A stretch of DNA of 7,995 nt from a virus (IMGVR_UViG_2671181134_000012), one strand, 5' to 3'. Numbered from the stretch's first letter, positions 1 through 6,642 are shown. Notes: generated by a model not told the origin, from the letters alone. Made by a program: numbers and translations.

Positions 1-1239
1 ATGAGCAGGGCAATTCATAGACTTAGCGACACTCTTTTACGAAAATTAAGCGGATCACCAACCACAAAAAACACCTTTTTTAATGATGGTGGCAACCTTA
101 GCGTAAGGCATTCAACCAATGGCCTGTTAACCTGGTATTTCACTTACAGGGCCGGAACAGGCAGGAAGGTAGCCCCTGAACGTCTGAGGCTGGGAAATTA
201 TCCAGATTTGAGCCTGAAAGCAGCCAGGGAAAAAGCGTCGCAGTGTCGCGCCTGGCTTGCTGAGGGTAAAAATCCACGCCATGAGCTTAATCACACCGTA
301 CAGGAAGCGTTATCACCTGTTACGGTTAAGGAAGCGCTCACTTACTGGCTTGAATCGTACGCGAAGGAAAAGCGCACAGATTACGAATCTCTGAAAAGCC
401 GGATCAATACACACATAATCAGCCATATTGGTGCTATGCCGCTGGAAAAATGCGAGCTACGCCACTGGCTGACCTGTTTTGATCAGCTTGCTAAGCGTAA
501 TCCGGTATCAGCAGGATTTTTGTTACAGGTATGCAAGCAGGCGCTTAAGTACTGCCGCAAACGACGCTACGCAATTACCAACGTTCTAGATGATATGGTT
601 GTAGGTGATGTTGGGAAAAAAGCAGAAATAAGCGAGCGCATACTAACAAACAAGGAGCTTGGGGAATTACTCCGCGCCCTGGATGAAAAAATTTACCCAC
701 CGTACTACAGCGCCCTGATTCGCCTCCTGATTGTCTTCGGATGTCGTACCACTGAGCTAAGACGCTCTGAGGTCCAGGAATGGGATTTTAAAGAAATGCT
801 CTGGACCGTGCCGAAAGAACATAGCAAAACGAAGGTAGCAATATTCAGGCCAATACCGGAAGCGATCTTGCCGTTCGTAACGAAGCTGGTGGAGCAGAAC
901 AGGCACACGGGATTATTGCTCGGAGAACTGAAAGGGCAATCATCCGTATCAGAGTACGGAAGAACGGCACACAGACGTATTAATCAAGCCCCCTGGACGT
1001 TGCACGACATCCGGCACACGTTTACAACGATGCTGAACGATTTAGGCGTGGATCCTCATGTAGTGGAGCAGCTAACCGCGCACCAGTTGCCAGGAATGCA
1101 ACGAGTCTATAATCACTCCCGTTATCTTGATGCAAAACGTGACGCTCTTAATCTATGGGTTGAGCGTCTCGAGCTTCTCCAGAACAATGATGAAAAAATC
1201 GTTGTTATGACCCCGCGAATTTACTCCCAAAATTCTTGA
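1..1239 (+). CDS. int: Tyrosine site-specific integrase, P4-like (N-terminal arm-binding domain plus catalytic domain)
   Basis: 412-aa ORF starting at ATG 1. The N-terminal region (LSDTLLRKLSG...WYFTYR...GNYPDLSLKAAREKA) resembles the DUF4102-type arm-binding domain of P4-family integrases. The C-terminal region carries tyrosine-recombinase motifs (GCRTTELRRSE, HDIRHTF, and a candidate catalytic Tyr in RVYNHSRY). Family assignment is by recognition, not a search. Confidence 0.92.
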   Translation: MSRAIHRLSDTLLRKLSGSPTTKNTFFNDGGNLSVRHSTNGLLTWYFTYRAGTGRKVAPERLRLGNYPDLSLKAAREKASQCRAWLAEGKNPRHELNHTVQEALSPVTVKEALTYWLESYAKEKRTDYESLKSRINTHIISHIGAMPLEKCELRHWLTCFDQLAKRNPVSAGFLLQVCKQALKYCRKRRYAITNVLDDMVVGDVGKKAEISERILTNKELGELLRALDEKIYPPYYSALIRLLIVFGCRTTELRRSEVQEWDFKEMLWTVPKEHSKTKVAIFRPIPEAILPFVTKLVEQNRHTGLLLGELKGQSSVSEYGRTAHRRINQAPWTLHDIRHTFTTMLNDLGVDPHVVEQLTAHQLPGMQRVYNHSRYLDAKRDALNLWVERLELLQNNDEKIVVMTPRIYSQNS

Positions 1240-1248
1240 CAAATTACG

Positions 1249-1274
1249 GCTATTTTTCTTGCGAAAAATAGCCC
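1249..1274. repeat. Perfect 11-bp inverted repeat with 4-nt loop (GGCTATTTTTC ttgc GAAAAATAGCC), 10 nt after the int stop
   Basis: Read directly from the sequence. The stem is AT-rich and not followed by a T-run, so it is more likely a protein-binding palindrome or weak terminator than a canonical intrinsic terminator. Confidence 0.5.
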
Positions 1275-1283
1275 TCTAAAATA

Positions 1284-1316
1284 AATCGTCGAATATCGGC
1301 AAATATCGACGATTTA
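1284..1316. repeat. 10-bp inverted repeat AAATCGTCGA / TCGACGATTT separated by 13 nt, in the int-alpA intergenic region
   Basis: Read directly from the sequence. Candidate operator or recombinase arm site; function not determinable from sequence alone. Confidence 0.4.
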
Positions 1317-1648
1317 TATGTGTCAAGTATTGAAAAAATTTGAAATGTCTTCTTCTGAGTTCTTATTCTCTGTTTCTTGATTGTTCCAACACCTGATGGT
1401 TTATCTATTTGTTTTTAATGAGATAATTTAAGTGTAATACCAAATGACGACATTTTTTTGTTGCGTCGCTTAAAAACTCGTGACACGATTTTATGAACAG
1501 CAGCAAACTCTAGCGAACTTTGACGAACATAAAGTTCAGAAAGGTTACGTATTCAATTTAAGAGGTAAGAAAAGCTAGGAAGTAATATCTTTCCGTATAT
1601 CCACAGCGAAACAAAAATTTCTATACGTAATTTTATGTAGGACTTTTT

Positions 1649-1858
1649 ATGCGCGAAATAAATGAAGATCGTGTAATCCGCGAAAAAGAATGCAGAGAGC
1701 TAACAGGCGTTTGCCGCACAACTCGTTACGAGATGGAAAAGCAGGGCCGCTTCCCCTCACGTATCAGTCTCGGCGGTCGTTCTGTTGGCTGGGTTAAGTC
1801 TGAGGTTATGGAATGGGTTAAAAGCAGAAATCGTATTAATTCAGGTAAGGCAGCGTAG
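1649..1858 (+). CDS. alpA: AlpA-family phage transcriptional regulator / excisionase-like protein
   Basis: 69-aa ORF with AGGA 6 nt upstream of ATG 1649. The sequence (CRELTGVCRTTRYEMEKQGRFPSRISLGGRSVGWVKSEVMEWVKSR) matches the recalled AlpA hallmark pattern (FP..I.LG.R.VGW...EV..W). The position directly after a P4-type int is the usual one. Confidence 0.88.
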   Translation: MREINEDRVIREKECRELTGVCRTTRYEMEKQGRFPSRISLGGRSVGWVKSEVMEWVKSRNRINSGKAA

Positions 1859-1884
1859 GGGGAACATATGACACATAAAACAAA

Positions 1885-1904
1885 GGCGACCTGTGGCGGT
1901 CGCC
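1885..1904. terminator. GC-rich hairpin (GGCGACC tgtggc GGTCGCC) between convergent alpA and the minus-strand RHH gene; candidate bidirectional terminator
   Basis: 7-bp perfect stem with 6-nt loop. On the minus strand it is followed by a T-rich tract (complement of AAAACAAA at 1877-1884); on the plus strand the downstream tract is A-rich. It therefore looks better as a terminator for leftward transcription. Confidence 0.45.
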
Positions 1905-1992
1905 AATGGGAAAACACTAAACATAAGCCAGAACATCATAGCGATTTGCTGTCTGGTGGGCAATGTGCTCAGTGTGCTGGCTTGCTGGTGGG

Positions 1993-2172
1993 CTATTCCT
2001 GCTCTTTGGCCTTGCGGCGCTGGCGGCGTTTGATTTCGCCTTTAACGGCAGTAACTATAAATTGCGCTTTGCTTTCACCTTCATCTAAATTTTTTTCTAA
2101 GTCTGCAACAACATCATGCGGGAATCTGGCATTTAACTGTTGCGACTTATTATTTGTTGAACCTGTTGCCAT
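1993..2172 (-). CDS. Ribbon-helix-helix (Arc/MetJ/CopG-like) DNA-binding protein, 59 aa
   Basis: Minus-strand ORF; preferred start is ATG at 2172 (complement) with AGAGGA 7 nt upstream. The track start at 2211 is GTG. The translation (QQLNARFPHDVVADLEKNLDEGESKAQFIVTAVKGEIKRR) aligns by eye to Arc repressor (FNLRWPREVLDLVRKVAEENGRSVNSEIYQRVMESFKK). Basic C-terminal tail. Confidence 0.65.
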   Translation of the reverse strand: MATGSTNNKSQQLNARFPHDVVADLEKNLDEGESKAQFIVTAVKGEIKRRQRRKAKEQE

Positions 2173-2192
2173 TACTGAATCCTCTCTAAGTT

Positions 2193-2285
2193 GGTGCGAT
2201 TCAGTATACACAAAAAAAATTCAGAGAAAAGGCTTGAGGTGCGATTCACTTGCTGATAGGTTAAAAACAGATGGTGCGATGCACC
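2193..2285. promoter_or_regulatory. Three copies of GGTGCGAT in the divergent intergenic region (2193-2203 GGTGCGATTCA, 2238-2248 GGTGCGATTCA, 2273-2285 palindrome GGTGC-GAT-GCACC); candidate operator array
   Basis: Repeats read directly. Copy 1 lies between a candidate minus-strand -10 (TATACT, complement of 2203-2208) and the RHH gene's ribosome-binding site, which is the arrangement expected for autoregulation. Confidence 0.45.
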
Positions 2286-2362
2286 AAATAACAACGCCCC
2301 GCAGTGGTGGCACACATGCAGGGCGTCTAACAACCAACGATAGCAACAGTATCGAGGTAGCT

Positions 2363-2566
2363 ATGTTAAATCATACCACACACCCGCAAGGGCGGGACTC
2401 GCACAACCTGAATAAATACATCTGGCGTTTTATCGCCCTGAGCACGGCACAACCGCGCGTGATTACCATCGAGGCCACCAGCGAACAGGAAACGCGTCAG
2501 CAATCTCCTGATGGCTGCGTGATGGTATTCGCCGCCCGTATTCGTCAGGGGGTGTTCCATGCCTGA
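2363..2566 (+). CDS. Hypothetical small protein (67 aa), first gene of a three-gene cassette
   Basis: ATG 2363 is preceded by GAGG with a 5-nt spacer. It is in frame with a long upstream open frame (1868-2566) that I consider non-coding. An alternative in-frame ATG at 2279 would give 95 aa. The stop TGA 2564-2566 overlaps the next start (ATGCCTGA). Confidence 0.5.
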   Translation: MLNHTTHPQGRDSHNLNKYIWRFIALSTAQPRVITIEATSEQETRQQSPDGCVMVFAARIRQGVFHA

Positions 2567-2879
2567 CATGACCAATTACCAGTACCTGATTAATCCGCAT
2601 TTTAACTGTGAGCATGATATTGCTAAAAAAGTTTATTCCGCTGCGGATGGGGCTACTGACAATATATCAATGGGTATTGCGTCAATTGGTAGCCTGATGT
2701 GGCATGCGTCAGAAAATAAGGAATATGACGAAAAGACCATGCGCATTGATATGGGTAATATCGGTTTGTTACTGGCAATGCTTGGGCAGTTTGATATTTC
2801 GTTACGGTGCACCATTGAAAATGCCACAGATGCATTAAATGCTATAAAGAAAGCGAATACTGATTCAAATCGGGGATAA
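2559..2879 (+). CDS. Hypothetical protein (106 aa), second gene of the cassette
   Basis: ATG 2559 overlaps the stop of the upstream ORF (translational coupling), with a G-rich SD-like stretch upstream. The protein has ordinary globular composition and no recognised motif. An alternative start is ATG 2568. Confidence 0.6.
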   Translation: MPDMTNYQYLINPHFNCEHDIAKKVYSAADGATDNISMGIASIGSLMWHASENKEYDEKTMRIDMGNIGLLLAMLGQFDISLRCTIENATDALNAIKKANTDSNRG

Positions 2880-2885
2880 ATAATC

Positions 2886-3185
2886 ATGAGAACTTATTTA
2901 TCTGGCTTGACTGCCAGCGGTTATGCACACCCCAAAATTATCCCCGGCGCTATTTATCTGGATAAGAACGGTAACAGAGTAACGGTAAAAGAACTGATGT
3001 TTGACCGTGTGTATTTTATCCGTGATGGCTATTCATTTCATAGTTCGCTGAACGTGGAGATCTTTATTAGCAGATTCAGGCGGGAAATCCCGCTTTCCAG
3101 AAATAACCATGTGTCATGTATCGATGTTGATAAAAAACTACAGGAACTGAAAAACATGATTGCCGCGTGGAGAGAGCAGAAATGA
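2886..3185 (+). CDS. Hypothetical protein (99 aa), third gene of the cassette, directly upstream of the primase gene
   Basis: ATG 2886 with GGGGA 9 nt upstream. The stop TGA 3183-3185 overlaps the primase ATG 3182 as ATGA, a classic coupling arrangement. No recognised motif. Confidence 0.6.
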   Translation: MRTYLSGLTASGYAHPKIIPGAIYLDKNGNRVTVKELMFDRVYFIRDGYSFHSSLNVEIFISRFRREIPLSRNNHVSCIDVDKKLQELKNMIAAWREQK

Positions 3186-4999
3186 AAAAAGCGCCAAATT
3201 TAAAACACCAGCCACGTGACAAAATGACGGAAGTCATCATTTTTGCGGGTAGTGATGCGTGGGCACATGCGAAGCAGTGGCAGGAACAGGACGGGCGACT
3301 GGCTGGCGATAACGTGCCACCTGTCTGGCTTGGAGAGCAACAACTTGCCGAACTGGACAACCTGCAAATCGTACCGGACGGACGCTATCGCGTGCGTCTC
3401 TATCAGGCGGGGTTATTGAGTCCGGGGCTTGTTAATACCATCGGGCAGAAACTGGCAGTGGCAGGTGTCAGGGATGCTGATTATTACCCTGAAGGAATGC
3501 ACAGCCAGAAACGGGAGAACTGGCGCGAATATCTGGAACGTGAACGGGCAGAGCAGGCGGAAAAGAAAAAGGTAGTTGAACTGCCTGTAAAGAAAAAAGA
3601 GCGGGTAAAAGACGATAACGCTTCATCACTGGCGCTTAACCAGATGGGAGCAAGTCAACGCGGCGAAGTTCTCCTGGCACATTATGGCGGTGAACTGGCG
3701 ATTCATGCTGACTCTGACACTGTTCACTATTACAACGGCGTTGTATGGGAGCCAGTACAGGATAAAGAATTACAGCGAGCTATGGCACAGATTTTCATTG
3801 ATGCGGAGATCAGCTATTCGCAGAACGCCATTAAATCGGCGGTCGATACCATGAAGTTAAGTTTGCCTGTAATGGGGAATACAGCCCGTAACCTGATTGG
3901 ATTCAGTAACGGTGTTTTTGATACCCGGACAGGCGATTTTCGGGAGCATAACAAAAACGACTGGTTGTTAATTGCCAGTGAATTACCTTTCAGCCCACCA
4001 GCAGAGGGGGAAACGCTGGCAACACATGCGCCGAATTTCTGGAAGTGGTTACGCCGTTCGGTGGCTGAGAATGACCGCAAGGCGGATCGCGTACTGGCTG
4101 CATTATTCATGGTGCTGGCGAACCGGTACGACTGGCAGTTATTCATTGAGGTAACAGGTCCAGGGGGAAGTGGTAAAAGCGTGATGGCGGAGATTTGCAC
4201 CATGCTGGCGGGTAAGGCCAACACGGTATCGGCAAGCATGAAGGCGCTGGAAGATGCCAGGGAACGCGCGTTAGTGGTTGGCTTTTCGCTGATTATCATG
4301 CCGGATATGACCCGTTACGCTGGTGATGGCGCAGGAATTAAGGCCATTACAGGCGGTGACAAGGTGGCAATCGACCCGAAGCATAAAGCCCCCTACTCAA
4401 CACGCATTCAGGCGGTAGTGTTGGCGGTGAACAATAACGCCATGTCATTCAGTGACCGCAGCGGGGGGATTTCACGTCGTCGGGTGATATTCAATTTTTC
4501 GGAGGTTGTACCGGAAAACGAACGCGACCCCATGCTGGCAGAAAAAATAGAAGGAGAGCTGGCGGTTGTGATTCGCCACCTGCTTACTCGTTTTTCTGAC
4601 CAGGACGAAGCTAAACGCCTGCTGTATGAGCAGCAGAAATCAGAAGAAGCTCTGGTGATAAAACGCGAGGGCGATTCGCTGGTGGACTTCTGCGGCTATC
4701 TCATGTCGTCGATAATGTGTGATGGTCTGTTAGTGGGTAATGCCGAAATTATTCCGTTCAGTCCGCGCAGGTATCTTTATCACGCCTATCTGGCATATAT
4801 GAGGGCACACGGATTCGGTAAACCTGTAACACTGACGCGCTTCGGTAAAGATATGCCGGGGGCAATGGCGGAATATGGCAGGGAGTATATGAAACGGAAA
4901 ACGAAGCACGGTTTGCGTTCAAATGTGACCCTGACAGAGGATTCAGAAGACTGGATGCCATCATGTGCATCGGTCACAAATGACGATGGAAAAAATTAA
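3182..4999 (+). CDS. Replication initiator: P4 alpha-like primase/helicase (D5_N-like region plus SF3 helicase NTPase domain)
   Basis: 605-aa ORF from ATG 3182 (the track's 3167 start is GTG). It carries Walker A (TGPGGSGKS), a hydrophobic stretch ending in Asp (LVVGFSLIIMPDM) as Walker B, and the SF3 motif C asparagines (LAVNNNAMSF). This architecture matches the P4-family phage/plasmid primase C-terminal domain. A TGTTCACC iteron array lies immediately downstream. The N-terminal ~150 aa are not assigned. Confidence 0.85.
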   Translation: MKKAPNLKHQPRDKMTEVIIFAGSDAWAHAKQWQEQDGRLAGDNVPPVWLGEQQLAELDNLQIVPDGRYRVRLYQAGLLSPGLVNTIGQKLAVAGVRDADYYPEGMHSQKRENWREYLERERAEQAEKKKVVELPVKKKERVKDDNASSLALNQMGASQRGEVLLAHYGGELAIHADSDTVHYYNGVVWEPVQDKELQRAMAQIFIDAEISYSQNAIKSAVDTMKLSLPVMGNTARNLIGFSNGVFDTRTGDFREHNKNDWLLIASELPFSPPAEGETLATHAPNFWKWLRRSVAENDRKADRVLAALFMVLANRYDWQLFIEVTGPGGSGKSVMAEICTMLAGKANTVSASMKALEDARERALVVGFSLIIMPDMTRYAGDGAGIKAITGGDKVAIDPKHKAPYSTRIQAVVLAVNNNAMSFSDRSGGISRRRVIFNFSEVVPENERDPMLAEKIEGELAVVIRHLLTRFSDQDEAKRLLYEQQKSEEALVIKREGDSLVDFCGYLMSSIMCDGLLVGNAEIIPFSPRRYLYHAYLAYMRAHGFGKPVTLTRFGKDMPGAMAEYGREYMKRKTKHGLRSNVTLTEDSEDWMPSCASVTNDDGKN

Positions 5000-5010
5000 A
5001 CTTATGGAAT

Positions 5011-5241
5011 AACTGTTCACCACTGTTCACCCTGCAATAAATGTCTTTTATATCAGTATATTATAGGGTGAACAGTTATTTATGAACTGTTCACCAAACT
5101 ATTCACTGTTCACCTTTTTGATTCTTTATTGAGCTTTAAGGGTGAACAGTGGTGAACAGTTGGTGAATAGTTTTTGTGAAACTATTCACCCCTTAACATC
5201 ATGAATAAAAAGGGAAAATTGCAAAAGGTGAACAGGTGAAG
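5011..5241. repeat. Iteron array / candidate replication origin: at least 8 perfect and several degenerate copies of TGTTCACC (GGTGAACA) in both orientations
   Basis: Perfect copies on + at 5013-5021, 5023-5031, 5087-5095 and 5106-5114; on - at 5067-5075, 5141-5149, 5151-5159 and 5227-5235. Degenerate copies at 5162-5172 and 5180-5190. The 22-mer AACTGTTCACCACTGTTCACCC (5011-5032) is the exact reverse complement of 5140-5161. There are two inverted pairs with 7-nt spacers (5067-5095 and 5162-5190) and an AT-rich stretch at 5033-5066. Confidence 0.8.
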
Positions 5242-5286
5242 GGTTGAAATGCAAAAATTTTATTTTATTGCTGTGAGGTAAAGCCT

Positions 5287-5526
5287 GTGACAACGAAGCA
5301 CGCCAAAAAACCACAATCTCACGCCCTTGATTTGACAGAACACTGGCTGAGGGTGGCGATAAAAATCATCGACCGCAACGCCGGGGAAGGATACGCGAAA
5401 GCACATCCCGAACTGATAAGCGCATTCATGACCACGACGGCGGCAAACTTTGCCACGCTGACAGAACGGGAGATTGCCGAAGCGGAACAGGTAACAACCA
5501 TCAACGTTAAAAGCGCTGGAGAATAA
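5287..5526 (+). CDS. Hypothetical protein (79 aa, GTG start)
   Basis: GTG 5287 with GAGG 8 nt upstream, followed by an intrinsic terminator. The overlapping minus-strand ORFs have Cys/Ser-rich antisense-like composition, so the + strand is preferred. Confidence 0.5.
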   Translation: MTTKHAKKPQSHALDLTEHWLRVAIKIIDRNAGEGYAKAHPELISAFMTTTAANFATLTEREIAEAEQVTTINVKSAGE

Positions 5527-5544
5527 CCGAAGTAGTGAACACAT

Positions 5545-5568
5545 AGCCGGAGCAATCCGGCTTTTTTT
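5545..5568 (+). terminator. Rho-independent terminator (AGCCGG agcaat CCGGCT followed by TTTTTTT)
   Basis: 6-bp GC-rich stem, 6-nt loop and a 7-T run, read directly, 19 nt after the stop of the 79-aa ORF. Confidence 0.7.
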
Positions 5569-5602
5569 CGATCTCGCATATCTTAAAAAATGGTTGATTG
5601 AT

Positions 5603-5608
5603 TATAAT
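5603..5608 (+). promoter_or_regulatory. Candidate -10 hexamer TATAAT for the downstream small-ORF / terS / capsid operon
   Basis: Consensus TATAAT about 50 nt upstream of GTG 5657, with an A-tract upstream. No convincing -35 was found, so this is tentative. Confidence 0.3.
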
Positions 5609-5656
5609 CTATCGAAAATACTGATTATTAGATGATAAGCATCAGGAGGAAACAAA

Positions 5657-5851
5657 GTGGAACAGATAAAGCAAAGCGCTACCGTGATGATTGATCACGA
5701 GATCCTAAACGAGCTTAAAAAACTTCAATTCGATGTTATTCGCCGGATGAATGAAGCTGGTATATACGGCAGAGCCGCCACGCCAACAGTAGGCCATCTT
5801 GCTCGCGTGCTGTTACGCGAACGCCTGGGCATTGCAACAGGTGAGGAATAA
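5657..5851 (+). CDS. Hypothetical small protein (64 aa, GTG start), possibly DNA-binding
   Basis: Strong SD (AGGAGG, 5643-5648) 8 nt upstream of GTG 5657. The N-terminal segment (SATVMIDHEILNELKKL) has a strand-then-helix pattern that could be RHH-like, but this is weak. Confidence 0.5.
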   Translation: MEQIKQSATVMIDHEILNELKKLQFDVIRRMNEAGIYGRAATPTVGHLARVLLRERLGIATGEE

Positions 5852-5853
5852 CA

Positions 5854-6015
5854 ATGGCTATCACAGAACGCGAGGCAAGCATCATTAAAGCCATTGGCGA
5901 GGAAACAAGAGACACGATAGCGCCATTAATGGAAAAGATCGCAGAGCTTGAGAGACGAATAAACAAGCTGAGTGATGAAGTTGAAGGCCTGATCTCGTTA
6001 CTCGGTGAGCAATGA
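5854..6015 (+). CDS. Hypothetical small protein (53 aa), predicted helical / coiled-coil; absent from the supplied ORF track
   Basis: ATG 5854, 2 nt after the stop of the upstream ORF, with GAGGAA just upstream. The translation (MAITEREASIIKAIGEETRDTIAPLMEKIAELERRINKLSDEVEGLISLLGEQ) has heptad-like hydrophobic spacing. It is a short ORF, so coding status is uncertain. Confidence 0.4.
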   Translation: MAITEREASIIKAIGEETRDTIAPLMEKIAELERRINKLSDEVEGLISLLGEQ

Positions 6016-6070
6016 CAGGGGGGGAGTGTTCCGGCCGGAAAGTCGATCGCCCTGGACACCGCCCCCCGTC
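6016..6070. other. GC-rich structured element: G7 run (6018-6024), 12-bp palindrome TTCCGGCCGGAA (6029-6040), CGATCG (6044-6049), C6 run (6062-6067)
   Basis: Read directly. The G-run and C-run could pair to enclose the palindrome. It sits between the 53-aa ORF and terS; a cos/pac-type or regulatory role is possible but unproven. Confidence 0.4.
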
Positions 6071-6095
6071 TCATTCGTAGAAAATTTTGCTTTTC

Positions 6096-6121
6096 AAAAA
6101 AGTTACACGAAAAGTTACACC
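6096..6121 (+). repeat. Two direct copies of AAAAGTTACAC with 12-bp period in the terS leader
   Basis: AGTTACAC at 6101-6108 and 6113-6120, non-coding, 22 nt upstream of terS ATG 6143. Confidence 0.6.
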
Positions 6122-6142
6122 CCCTCAAAACGAGGTTTTTGC

Positions 6143-6631
6143 ATGGCATTAACGACCAAAAAAAAGCGGTTTGCTGATGCGTTATCAAGGGGCGCAAATC
6201 CCACGGAAGCCGCTATACATGCGGGATACAGCGAAAAGACCGCAAGGGTTAAAGGCTGGCAGCTATCCAATGATCCTGAGGTGAAAAAGTATCTTAAGGC
6301 TGTAACTTCTGATGTAACTTTTCAGGTTACAAAACCGAAAAAAGTTACAAAGAAAGTTACCGAAAAAGTTACACCGGAACGGGCATCAATTAACACCATT
6401 GAGATGATGGATAACGGCCTACCCGACCCCATCAAAGCAATGGGCAGGATACTGATTGACAACATGGACACAGATCCAAAACTGGCTTTAGATGCCGCGT
6501 TTAAGCTGGCCCAGTTCACCCACCGCAAGATCGGCAGCATTGGGAAAAAAGAGGTTAAAAAACTCAATGCCGCTAGTGTCTCCTCAAATCGGTTCCCCAT
6601 CCCTAAGCCACCAACAGGCTTAAGACACTGA
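6143..6631 (+). CDS. terS: Terminase small subunit (SF6 G1P-like, Terminase_2-type N-terminal HTH)
   Basis: ATG 6143 with GAGG 6 nt upstream. The N-terminus (KKKRFADALSRGANPTEAAIHAGYSEKTARVKGWQLSNDPEVKKYL) closely resembles the SF6-like TerS DNA-binding domain (KQERFIEEY...NATKAAIAAGYS...A). A Lys-rich repeat linker (KKVTKKVTEKVT) follows. Confidence 0.82.
   Translation: MALTTKKKRFADALSRGANPTEAAIHAGYSEKTARVKGWQLSNDPEVKKYLKAVTSDVTFQVTKPKKVTKKVTEKVTPERASINTIEMMDNGLPDPIKAMGRILIDNMDTDPKLALDAAFKLAQFTHRKIGSIGKKEVKKLNAASVSSNRFPIPKPPTGLRH
6300..6375. repeat. 12-bp periodic AGTTAC array inside terS: inverted copies GTAACT at 6302 and 6314, direct copies GGTTAC 6325 and AGTTAC at 6343, 6355 and 6367
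   Basis: Read directly. The period equals that of the upstream leader copies. It is encoded as an xxVT peptide repeat (AVTSDVTFQVTKPKKVTKKVTEKVTP). Confidence 0.6.
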
Positions 6632-6642
6632 GGTATCGAACT

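Noticed and set aside
705-908. 67-aa minus-strand ORF inside int, and similar short antisense ORFs at 1726-1917, 2366-2575, 3076-3360, 4758-4977, 6322-6600, 6686-6868 and 7729-7965
   Set aside because: All are embedded antisense in better-supported + strand genes and show no start signals. Treated as chance ORFs.
1993-2172. RHH protein as the antitoxin of a toxin-antitoxin pair
   Set aside because: No partner ORF is co-transcribed with it. Downstream on its strand there is only a terminator hairpin and the convergent alpA gene.
1868-2566. 232-aa + strand ORF spanning the alpA-to-cassette interval
   Set aside because: Its N-terminal two-thirds has Cys/Trp/Ser-rich composition and lies antisense to the well-supported RHH gene and across the operator-like intergenic region. 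Only the 3' end (from ATG 2363, or possibly 2279) looks like a real gene.
2633-2887. Minus-strand ORFs of 84 and 60 aa (2633-2887 and 2653-2835)
   Set aside because: They are antisense to the 106-aa + ORF, which has translational coupling signals to its neighbours. The minus frames lack ribosome-binding sites and look compositionally odd.
3814-4299. 161-aa minus-strand ORF, plus the 60-aa + ORF at 3972-4154 in another frame
   Set aside because: Both lie inside the primase/helicase gene, which has clear Walker A and SF3 motifs in its own frame. Treated as shadow ORFs.
5011-5241. Possible CRISPR array suggested by the short repeated motif
   Set aside because: The repeat unit is only 8-11 bp, occurs in both orientations with irregular spacing, and has no regular spacers. 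The architecture is that of replication iterons, not a CRISPR array.
5260-5579. Minus-strand ORFs of 94 and 86 aa overlapping the 79-aa + ORF
   Set aside because: The + ORF has an SD and is followed by a clear + strand intrinsic terminator. The minus-strand translations are Cys/Arg-rich and antisense-like.
5736-6197. 153-aa minus-strand ORF
   Set aside because: It is antisense to two + strand small ORFs and the terS leader, with Cys/Ser-rich composition and no ribosome-binding site. Most likely spurious.
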